Shown one piece after another: positions 48,401-60,400 of a stretch of 64,000 bases of DNA; the first letter of the stretch is position 1; every line of letters begins with the position of its first letter. The DNA is from Nitrospirota bacterium. GTDB lineage: Bacteria; Nitrospirota; Nitrospiria; 2-01-FULL-66-17. The stretch spans positions 1-64,000 of the forward strand of contig JBMOMC010000038.1 of NCBI GenBank assembly GCA_049325335.1, read 5' to 3'. Made by a program: the position numbers and the translations under genes. The notes beneath the pieces are model-generated. The model was not told the DNA's origin and searched no databases. It saw only the letters and a list, made by a program, of their open reading frames with translations.

Positions 48401-51400
48401 CGTGCACCTGGAGTTTGCGATCTACGACGGGGCCGACCGGTTGGTGCGCACGATCACGCAGGATCACGCGGTCATCGGGCCCGCATCCATTGCCTGGGAC
48501 GGCCGCGATGACGCCGGAAATTTCGTAACCGATGGCGGGTACCGGATCCACGTGATGGATTTTGATTTCTTCGTGACCGCGGACAGTACGCCGCCCAGCA
48601 CGGCGTTGGCGATCGGCAACGGGTTCCATACCGTGCCGGATCGCTACGAGTGCAGTGACTCGGGCGGCGCTCGCGTCTGCGCCCTGCGTCCCGGGCCCCT
48701 GGTGGAAGAGCCGTACCGGCTGTTGACCGGTCACGCCGTGGATGCCGAGTTGGCGCACTGGACCCTGGAAGTCGGGGAGGGCGTAAATCCGTCGGCCTGG
48801 ACTGTGGTCGATGAAGGCACCGGAGACGCGGCGCTCCGCGACGCACGCGGCAACATCTTCACCCCGGTCCAAGACGCGGTGCTGCGCCGTATCGAACGAT
48901 CGGAAGAGGCGGTAAACCGCAAGTATCGATTAACCGCGGTGGATCAGGCCGGAAACCGCAGCGTTACGCTCGCGGATCTTGCGCCCGAGGAAGTCATCCT
49001 GTACGCGTGGGACTCCCTGGCCGTGTCCACCGAGCGGATACTGGAGCAAACCCCTGGTTCGCATCTGCTCTCCATTGAGCAGACTGTGCGCGCGCCATTG
49101 TCCAGTCTCGTGGTCCAGTACCGATTGTTGGGCACCACGCTGTGGGTGGACGGCGCCGCGGTCTCGTTGCCGGGACCGCGCGTTAATCTGCCGTGGAACA
49201 ACAGCGGCCTGGTCCCGGGCAGGACCTACCAGGTGCGCGTGGTGGGGACTGATCTGGACGGTCGCCAACTCGTCTCGAACATGATGGCGATCCATTCCAA
49301 CCTGTTCGTGATGACGGGGATCGACGACGAAACCCAGGTCACGCAAGGGATCGCGAGCCTGGTGGATACGCTCACCGAAGTCCGTTTAGTGACGGCCGTG
49401 GGCGCTGAAGCGGACATCGGAACCAGCGTGCTCACCGCGCCGATTCCGATCGACATTGCGATCGCGGTCAACACCTCTAAATTGTGCGAGGACAGAATTC
49501 CGTCGATCCCGGTCCGATACCGCGGCGTGGGCGCGAGCGGGACGGTGTACTACTCCAATACCTTGGTGGCCCAAGGCCGGTGTCCCGGGTTGATGGGCGG
49601 GGGGTTGGGGGTGGACGGCGCGTTGCGCCTCGAGGCGCGGACATACCCCGCGCCCGCGTGCGGCGCGCCCACGCCGGGATCCGTGCAGATCACGCTGAGC
49701 AGCACCGGTTTGGTGATGGACGCCACGTTGGCGGTGCAGAGCGAGCCCAACGGGCCATTGGTGGATATTCCGGTCAGCGGGTTGCCGTTCCAGACTCAAA
49801 TCGACACGCGCACCAGACCCGAAGGCACGTACCTGGTACGCGCGCACGGGCGGCTGTTCCGGTCCGATGGCGACACGGCGGACGTGAGCGCCACCGCGCG
49901 GTTTATCGTGGACCGCGTGGCGCCGACCGCGGCGATCACGTATCCGGCAACGAACCAACTCTTATGTCCGATCATCACGACCGATCGCCCGGTCGTGGCG
50001 ATTGAAGGCATCGCAGAGGACGCGAACTTCGACCACTATGAAGTCGAATTCGGCGTCGGCGAGTCGCCGACGCAGTGGAGCCCGATTACGCAGGCCGCGG
50101 GCCAGACAATTGATACGCGGGCGCCGCGGCGCGGTATCTTGGCGAACTGGGACGTGACCGGCCTACCGGGCGGTACGTACACGCTGCGGTTGAACGTCTA
50201 CGACCAGGGCGGGAATCTCGTGTGCGTCACCGTGACGTTTACGCTAGCCGATCCAATGCGCGTCTCGAACGTCACCCCTGATCGACGACTGTTCTCGCCC
50301 AACGGAGACGGGGTGTACGATTCGATCGCCGTCGCGTACCAATTGAACAAGACCGCGAGCGTGCAGGCCCGCGTGTACCCGGTGGTCAACGGACAGGTCG
50401 GGGCCATGCCGGTGCGAAGCTTGCTCAACAACGTGCAGGAAGCCGAAGGAACCTCGTCGGTGATCTGGGACGGCGCCACGGATGTTGGGGCGCGCGCGCC
50501 GGACGGCGTGTACGCGGTGGTCGTAACCGCAACCGACGCGTGCGGTGTGATCGCGAGCGCGAGCGCGCAGGTCGAGGTGGATGCCACGCCGCCCGACGCG
50601 GCCATCGAATCGCCCCTGACAACGGACGTGTTACCCGTCATCGTGGAAGTTCTGGGGATTGCGACCGACGCGCACTTTGAGCGCTACCGGTTGGAGGTGT
50701 GGCCCGACGCGGATCCTGCGTCGGTCCGGTTGGTCGCGGGCACGGGTACGCAGGTCCGCTCAGGACGCCTGGGAATGTGGAACACGTTGGGCCGCGGCGG
50801 CGCGTATACGCTCCGGCTCACCGTGACGGATTTCGCGGGCAATCATCGGGAGTCGACCGTGTCGGTCATGGTGTCGCAGCTCGATCCGCTGATCAGCAGC
50901 CTGGCCGCGACCCCGGCGTTATTCTCGCCCAACGGGGACGGCCGACTGGATACCGTGGTCGCGGAGTACGGACTCACCGAGGACGCGGTGGTCGTCATCG
51001 ACGTGCTGGACGCCGCAGATGCCGTCATCGGAACGTTGGTCGATGCTACCGCGTTACGCGGTATCGCGCAGGCGAACTGGAACGGCCTGAGCGACGCGGG
51101 CGCGCCTGCGCCGGACGGCACGTATCGCATTCGCCTCCGGGCAACCGGAGTGGCAGACCCCACGCGCACGCAAACCGAGACGGTCCGGGTCGTGATCGAC
51201 GCGACCCCGCCCACGGTGACGCCGACAACGCCTGCTGACAATACGTTCCTGGCCTCGGCTCCGGTTCTCGCCGGGACGCTTAGCGATCTCAACTTGGAGC
51301 GGTACGAAATCACCTACGGCGGGAACGGGCCGCGATTGGTCTTCGACGAGGGAACGGACAACCGAGACGGGGTCACGTTCGGACCGCTGGCCGGCCTTTC

Positions 51401-54400
51401 GGATGGGCCATACAGTCTGACGTGGTCGGCCACGGATCTCGCGGGGAACGCGACCGAGCGCACCACCGCCTTTACGCTGGACACTACGTCACCCGCGGTC
51501 ACGCTGACCGCGCCGTCCGACAACGCGGTGGTGGGCGGCACGGTCTCGAACGTGGAAGTTCGGGGCTCGGCCGGGGATGTCAACCTTGCGGAGTGGACCC
51601 TGAGAGTTGGGGCGGGAACTGATCCGGCCACGTGGACCACGTTGGCGAGCGGGACCGCCGAGCCCGCAAGCGATCTCTTGGTCACCTGGGACACGACATC
51701 GGTGCCTGACGGGACGTACACATTGTCGCTGATCGCGACGGATCGCGCCGGCACGTCCGCGGAAACGCGTCGTGCCGTGGTCGTGGACAATACGGCGCCC
51801 ACCGCGAACCTCAGCTATCCAATCGATGGCGCCACGATCAGCACGCGGGTGAATCTGGTCGGGACCGCGATGGACGAGCACTTTGTCTCGGCGCTCATCG
51901 AAATTTCCGCAGGCGACTCGGGCTCGGCGTTCCAATTCGCGCCCATGGCCGTCCTGTCTCAGGCCGTGGATGACGATGAGTTGACGTCGTGGGGAACGGG
52001 AACGTGGCCGGCCGACGGCACGTACACGCTGCGGTTGACGGTGCAAGACACGGTCGGCCTGACCACGGCCCGCTCGATAACCGTGCACCTCGACACGCAA
52101 CCGCCTGACCCGCCGATTGACCTGACCGCCCAGGTGGAAACCCGGGATGACGTGCGCCTGATCTGGACCGCGAGTCCGAGCTTGGACGCCATCGGCTACT
52201 ACGTGTATCGCGGCGGGGCGAGGATCACCGCTGCGCCCGTGGTGGGGACCACCTATCTGGATCAGGACCTGTCCGACGGGGCGCACCGCTACACGGTGAC
52301 CGCGGTGGACCAGGGCGGCCTGGAGAGCGAGCCATCCAACGAAGCCCGAGTGGCCGTGGACCTGACGCCGCCGGCGGTACGGATTGCCACGCCGACCAAC
52401 AACGCAGTGGTCGGCGGCCTGGTCGATATCCGCGGCATTGCGGCCAGCGATGACTTTCGGGAGTATCGGATCCTGGTAGGCGACGGGGTTGCTCCCGCGA
52501 GCTTCACGTTGGTGCGACGTTCGCCCGTGCCGGTGACGAACGGGACATTGTCCGAGTGGGATTCCGTGGGCCGGTCCGAGAGTTCCTTGGTGACCATCCG
52601 GCTGGAAGCCGAGGATTTGGCGGGCAATGTTGGGATGCACCAGATCGCGGTCACGATCGATAACCTGCCGCCCGCCGCGCCGACCATCATATCCGCCGCG
52701 GCGACGGGGTCCGATATCGCGGTGGAGTGGTCCGCGAATACGGAGACGGATCTGGCAGGCTACCTGCTCTACAACAACGACGTGGTGGCGAACGTGCGTC
52801 GGATCGTGACCGGCAGCGTCACGCCGTACCTGCTGTCAGCGACGACATTCGCGGACCTGGGATTGCCGGACGGGACGTACCGCTACGTGGTGTTCGCCTT
52901 GGACCAGGCCGGGAACTACAGCGACCCCTCCAACACGATGACGGTAACGGTCGAAACCCGTCCGCCGAGGGCCACGATCGTCTCGCCGGCGACCGGGACG
53001 CGGACCCAGACCGCAGTCACGCTCGTGGCGACATCGCCGGATCAGGATGTGGCGTCCGTGCAGTTCCAGTTCAGGGCCGAGGCCGAGGTCACGTGGACGG
53101 ACCTGGGCGCGCCGAGGGCGTTTACCCCGTACCAAACGGTTTGGGATCCGACCGGCTTGCCCTATGGGAGCTATCAGTTCCGCGCCGTGGCGACCGACGT
53201 GAACATTAACACCGATCCCGCGCCGCCCGAGATCACGATCATCCACCAGGATCTCACTCCGCCTGGGGCGCCCACGGGCCTGGCGGCGCGCGTAACCGAA
53301 AGCAACTTGGATCTGACGTGGGCCGCCAACAATGAGACGGACCTGGCCGGGTATCATGTGTACCTCGTCGTGCCGGGGTCTGCGCCGATGCGGATCACAC
53401 CGAGCCCCGTACTGCAACCGTTGTTGAACCGTCCCGATATGAGCGACGAGAACTACACGTTCACGGTCACGGCGGTGGACAGCAGCGGCAACGAGAGCGC
53501 GCCGTCGAGCCCGGCCCAGGCGCGTGTGTATGTGGTCGGGTTGTCCGCTCCCGAGGCGTGCGTCACCGGCACGGAAACCGTGGTCACCGGGACCGGTGTG
53601 ACGCCGGGCAGTGTCGTGACGTTGTACCGCGAAGATCCGGCGGGAGGGGTGTTGATCGGCACCGCGACGGCGGGCACCGACGGATCGGTCCAATTTGCGG
53701 GCGTGATCCTTCCGCCAGGGCCGCAGCCGTTGTCCGCCCAGGCCATTGACCCGGCCGGGAACGTGAGCCGACGAGCCGTGAGCACGACCGTGGAACTCGC
53801 GCCGATTCCCGGCGCGCCGACCGGGCTGGCAGCCGGCGTGGCAGGATACGACGTGTCGTTGACCTGGGACCCTGGTGGTCCCTCGGTCAGCGGGTACCAC
53901 GTGTTCCGAGGCGCCACGCCGTTGGTCATCGGAACAACGCCCATCAGGGTGGCGGGTTCGCCGTTGGCGTCATCGTGGAGCAACTATTCCTACTACGGCC
54001 CCTCCCGGGCGTGGGACGAATCCTTGTCCACGTTCTGGATTCCGGCATCTTGGGATCCGGCTCCAGTCTGGCAGGTTGATTTCTACCAGTCCCACCTGGT
54101 GGCCGGCATTCGCCTGCAATGGTATAGCGACGCCTCGATGGTGTACGGGCCGATCAGTTTCAACGTGCAGGCGTGGAGCCATGACACGTGGATCACGGTC
54201 CAGACCTTCACCGGCGGCGCGCCGGCCGATAACGTGGTTGTGTTCCCGAGTCCGATCGAGACGATCCGGCTGCGGGTGGTGATGACGACCTGGCAGTACA
54301 GTCCCGCGTATCTCTACCTGGCTGAAGCGCAGATCTTGGGCCCCAATTACCTGGTGACGGGAACATCGTTCACGGATCCCGGCGTGCCCGATGGGCAACA

Positions 54401-57400
54401 CGCGTACCGATTGGTCGCGGTCAATGCGTGCAGCGTGGAGGGACCGGCCAGCGAACTCACGACGGCGGTCGGCGACGTAACGGCGCCCGGTGCGCCGATC
54501 GATTTGACGGCGACAGCGACGGGTTCGGACGTCGCGCTCTCCTGGACGACGCCGGCTGATCCCGACGTGGCGGGGTATATCGTGTACCGCGACGTCGGCG
54601 GTGCGTGGACCAGGCTTAACCCCACGCCGGTGCCGGCTATGAACTACGTCGATCCCGTGCTTCCCAACGGGACCTATCGGTATCGGGTGATTGCCGTGGA
54701 CACGGTCGGTAACCAGAGCGCGCCATCGAACGAGGCGCAGGCGTCCGTCAATGTCCCGTTGCCGAGTGGGCCGCTCGCATTGGCCGTGACCGCGCCGCTC
54801 GGCGGCGGACGTCTGGATCTGGCGTGGTCGCCCGGCGATCCGACTCAGTCGATCTTGGGATACCGTGTGTATCGATCAACCGTCGCGGGCGGACCATACG
54901 TTGACGTTGGGCAGAGCGTCGCAACGACGTACGCGGACCAGACCGTCACCAACGGCACGACCTACTACTATGTGGTGCGCGCCGCGGATGCGGCCGGTAA
55001 CGAAAGCGCCGCGTCCAACGAGTCGAGCGGCACGCCGCGCGATACGCTGACCCCTGAACCTCCGGTACTGCTGTTCCCGACCGATGCCGCTCATCCGATC
55101 ATTGTGACGGATGATGTGACGTTGGTCGGCGGGACCGCTGAACCGGGCGCGGTGGTCCGGCTGTTGAACGAGGGTATTTCACTGGGCGCGACCACCGCCC
55201 TGTCGGCGCATGACGTGGAGACGGTCGCCTTGCCGACCTTTCCGAACGGCGCGGTCGCGGTGTCGGCTGCTGACGCTCAGGTGGCGTATTTCGGCTGGCA
55301 CGACGGGGCCTCGGCCTATGTCCTGACTATCGTCAATGCGGACTCGGGCGACGTGACGTACGTGGCTGCGGCGGCGGACGGATCCAGCCCGGTGTTCACG
55401 CCGGACGGATCCCGCATCGCGTACGCCCGGTACGACGGGGCCGGGCCCTCAGGGTATGGACTGTTCGTCTATGATCTGGGCACGGGCTCTATTTCACGGG
55501 AGTCGGATCTGCCGGGAGGGATGTCTGATCCGGCATTTTCATCAGACGGCGACAAACTGGCGTTCTCCTACAACTCGCAAATTTGGGCCGTGGACCTGAC
55601 CGCGGCGTCTCCGGACGCCGACCAGGTCACGAGCGAGCCTGATTCCACGTATACACCATTGTGGTCGAACGACGGAGCAACGATCTTCTACATCACGTAC
55701 GCGGACACGGCGTGGGCATTGCGCCGGTTGGATACGGCAACGGGTATCGCAACCGACGTGGCCTTCCAGGTGGGGACCAGCCGGTTCAGTTTATCGCGAG
55801 ACGGGGCCACGTTGGCGTACGAGTCGGTGCAAAGCGGCCGGCCGGAATTGTGGCTGTACGACGTGGCCTCCGGCGCGCAGACTCCGGTTCCGCCGGGAGA
55901 CGAGGGGCGGTACGCGCCGTTGCTGGCCGCGGACGGCGCGTCGATCGTGTACATCAGCGAACCGTCCGGTGAGCCATTCCAGCTTCGGCGGCTCGACCCG
56001 GCAACCGGGGCGAGCGAGCTCTTGGCGACCGACTCGGGAGGTAACCCACCGTCGTGGACCGCCGGCGGCTCGTTACTCATGCCGCGCGACAACACTTTGC
56101 TGCACGTCCGGACCGCGGGATCCTTCCAGTTCAACGGCGTAGGCCTTGCCGCCGGGGACAACGTGTTCAGCGCGATCGCAATCGATGCCGCGGGGAATCC
56201 CAGCGCGCCGGCCGACCCCATCACGGTGACGTTGGATGTGTCGGCCCGTCCCGACCTGGCGGTGACGACCGCCGACGTGTTCGCGTATCCGCTCATGCCC
56301 ACGCCCACCGAACGCGTTCGGGTGGCCGCCACGATCCGCAACGCCGGCGCGTCCGCCGCGACCAACGTCGAAGTCGTCTTGTACGCGCTCGCGCCGTCCG
56401 GCGCACTCGCGCAGATCGGCCCGCTCCGGACCATTCCGGCTTTGGCGCCCGGTGCATCGTCGGTGGTCTCGGCTGACTGGCTCTCGCCCGCAACGGGCGG
56501 ACGGTATACGTTGGTGGTAGTTGTGGACCCGGTCGGCACTATCGCTGAAGTCTCCGAGACCAACAACACGGCGCGTCGCGACGTGTTGTTGGTCTCGGCC
56601 GGAGGCGCGCCCACGGTGTCGGTGAGAACCGACCATACGAGTTATTCGCCGTCCGGCAGGGTCTACGCGTTCGTGGAGGCCGCTAACCCGGGCGTGGCGG
56701 CGGATTTTGATCTAGAGGTCACGATCGAAGACGAAGCGGGCTTTACCGCCGCCACATTGCTGCGCCAGCGGCTGGCCGGATTCGGATACGCCGTCCGATC
56801 CTTTGCGGTGGATTGGAGCGCCGTCGGGGTGTACGGCGGGGCCTATCGCGCGCGGGCACGGCTCGTTCCCGCGAGCGGTCCCGCAATCGAGGCCGCGGCC
56901 GCATTTGTGATCGAGACCGACGCGCAGGCCGCGGCATCCGTATCCACGGATCGCAGCCTGTATCAGGCGGGCGACCTGGTGTCGATCTCCGGGCTGGTCC
57001 GCAATACGAGCGTGAACGCGGATCTCGCAGACCTGGTCGCGGTGATCGAGGTGATTGATGCGGGCGGCACGGTGGTTTCGCGCACCGAGCAGGCCGTGGC
57101 ACGACTGTTGTTGGGCGGGCAAGCCCGCGTTCAGGCACAGTGGGCCTCGCGGCCCGGCGTATTGACCGCGCGTCTGAGGGTCATGGGCCCGTCCGGCGAC
57201 CTGGCCGCGGCGTCGGCCCCGTTCTCGGTGTTGGGCGTGGTGCGTCTGGAAGGACAGGTTCTGGCCACCCCGGCCGTGATCGCCATCGGCGAGGCGTTTA
57301 CCATTGCGGCGTCGGCATCCAACTCCGGCACGTTGGATGCGAACGCGGTGGCGCTTCGACTGCGAGTGGCGTCGGCCGGATCGCAGGCCGTGGTACGGAC

Positions 57401-60400
57401 ATTCGACCGGGTTGTGGACCTGCCCGCAGGCTCTTCACGGCCCTGGCAGGTGGGGAGCGACGCCGCTGGTCTGGCGCCTGGTGCGTACACCGTGACCCTT
57501 GAGGCGGTCGGAACCTCGGTGCAGTCCCTGGCAAACGGCGCGCTGAATGTGGCGGATCGCGTCGCGCCCACGGTTTCGATCCTGACGCCGAGTGCCGGCG
57601 CGTTCTCTAACGCCGACGTTGCGTTCTCCGCCCGGGCGGCGGACGATGCTTCGGGCGTTGACCGGGTTGAATACCGGGTCGATAACGGTCCGTGGACTCG
57701 GTTGCCGATCGCCGATTTGGCGTTCGGACGATACGCAACCCTGTTCCCCGGCTCGCCGACCACCGAGGGAGCCCACACCCTGACGGTTCGTGCGTTCGAC
57801 AACGCGGGGAACGGGGACGAGACCTCGTCGTCTGATGCCAACCCGGTGTCCGTCGTGTTTACGATCGACGTGACCCCGCCGAGTATTGACATCGCAGGCG
57901 TGGTCGATGGCGTCACGTACGGCTCGGCTGTCACGCCCATGATCGCGGTCACGGACGCGAATCTCGCGACGCAGAGCACCCTGCTCAACGGCGCGGCGTT
58001 CACGAGCGGGACCCAGATCGGTAACGAGGGGTCGCACGTCTTGACCGTCACGGCCACAGACTTGGCGGGGAACGCGTCGAGCCGCGAGATGCGGTTCGTG
58101 ATCAGCGCAACAAGCAATCAGCCGCCCACGGCGCTCGACGATCACTACGACGTCCAGGAAGGAGCCGCCCTGGGGTCATTGCCGCCCGGCGTGTTGGCTA
58201 ATGATCTCGATGCCGACGATCCCACGAGTTCGCTGGTCGCGGTCATGGTGACGCCCCCCGCGAACGGGACGTTCACGCTTGGATCGGATGGTGGATTTGC
58301 CTATGGGCCTAACCCCGGATTTTCGGGCACGGACCAGTTCATCTACCGCGCGCAGGACCCGCATGGGGCGCAGAGCAACCTCGCGGTCGTGACCATCACG
58401 GTCATTCCGAATCCGCGGTTCACGCTGAGGGCCTCGGCTGCCCCGCTCAGGGGCTCGCTGGTCGTTGAGCCGGCTGGAACCCCGGCGATCTGCGTGGTCG
58501 GGGACCTGTGCTTCACGTACAACGCCGGTCAGCAAGTGACGCTGACGGTGGCCGCCGCAACGGGATTTGTTTTCACGGGGTGGACCGGCGACTGCGCGGG
58601 CCAGGATAACCCATGCCTGCTGACCATGGACGCGGACCAGAACGCGACCGCGCAATTGAACGCGATCCCGGCGGCGAACGCGGGCCCGGATCAGACCGTG
58701 CAGGTGACGAATACCGTGACATTGGACGGCGGCGCCTCGACCGATGCGGACGGCGACTCCTTGACGTTTGAGTGGTCGGTTGTGTCGCGACCGGTCGGTA
58801 GTGCGGCGGTTCTGTCGGACTCGATCGCGGTGAATCCCGCGTTTTATGTGGATCGCCCCGGCGCGTACGTTCTGTCGCTGGTCGTGCGCGACGGGGTGTC
58901 CGCGAGCGAGCCGGATACGGTAACGATCACCACCACGAATTCCGCGCCCGTGGCCAACGCGGGTCCCGATCAAACCGCCCGCGTGACCGACACCGTGCGT
59001 TTAGACGGCGGGGGATCGAGCGACGTGGACGGCGATCCGTTGGCGTTCCGGTGGACGATCACCGCGATGCCGCTCGGGAGCCTGGCAACGCTCTCTGATC
59101 CGAGCGTGGTTGCGCCGACGTTCCGCGTGGATTTGCCGGGTGAGTACGTGGTCGAACTGGTCGTCCATGACGGCGCCGTGGACAGCGCGCCGGACGGAAT
59201 CCGAATCAGCACCGAGAACACGGCGCCGGTCGCGATCGCGCGGGCCAGCGGTCCGGTTCGGGTCGCGGAGACCGTATTGCTGGACGGCGGCGATTCGTTC
59301 GACGTGGACGGCGACCCACTGACTTTCCGTTGGGCCCTGACCGTGCGGCCCGCGGATAGCGCGGCGGTCTTGTCGGATGCGACGGCGGTAGCGCCCACGT
59401 TTGTTGCGGATGTGGCTGGTGCGTACGTGGCGCAGTTGATCGTCACCGACGGCGCGGTGGACAGCCCGCCGGTCACGGTGAGCGTCACGACCGAGAACAC
59501 GCTGCCGGTGGCCGACGCGGGCCCGGATCAGACCGTGCCGGTCGGCGCGACGGCGACGCTCGACGGAGCCGGTTCATTTGACGCGGATGGGAATTCGTTG
59601 ACCTACCGGTGGGCGCTGACCGTGCAGCCGGCCGGAAGCGCGGCGGTCTTGTCTGATCCCACGGCTCCGTCGCCGAGCTTTGTGGTTGATCGGTCGGGGA
59701 CTTACGTGGCGCAGTTGATCGTCAACGATGGCACGGTGGAGAGCGCGCCCGACACGGTGACGCTTACCACCGTGAACTCCGCCCCCGTAGCCAATGCCGG
59801 AGCTGATCAAACCGTGGCGGTGGGGAGCGTAGTCCAACTGGACGGCGGGGGATCCTCCGACGCGGATGGGGACGCGCTCACGTACCAATGGGCGCTCACG
59901 GTCCAACCTGCGGGCAGCACCGCCGCGATTTCCGATCCGTCCGCGACGCGTCCGACGTTCACCGCGGATCAGGCCGGAACGTACGTCGCGCAACTCATGG
60001 TCGGCGACGGACTCCTCACCAGCTCGCCGGACACCGTGACCATTACAGCCACAAGCGCGCCATCACCGTGCAAGGACGACGAGGACGAGTGGGATGGAAC
60101 GGATCATGACAAGGACGATCATGGGAACGGGACCGGTCACGACAAGAACGACCACAAGGGTAAATATCACAAGGGCCGGCACCAAGATTGCGACCCCGAG
60201 CGCCGCGTGGATCTCGCACTCGCGGACCTAGATGCGCCGGAGACCACCAACGCATGCCAACAACGCGCTCGGATTTACTTAACGGTCCATAATCTGGGCA
60301 ACCGGACCGAACAGGCTATGGTGACCTTATACAAGGACGGTCAGCTGGTTAAGGTTTGGACCGACGTGAAGATTTCTCCCAAAAAGGATCATGGGGAGGA

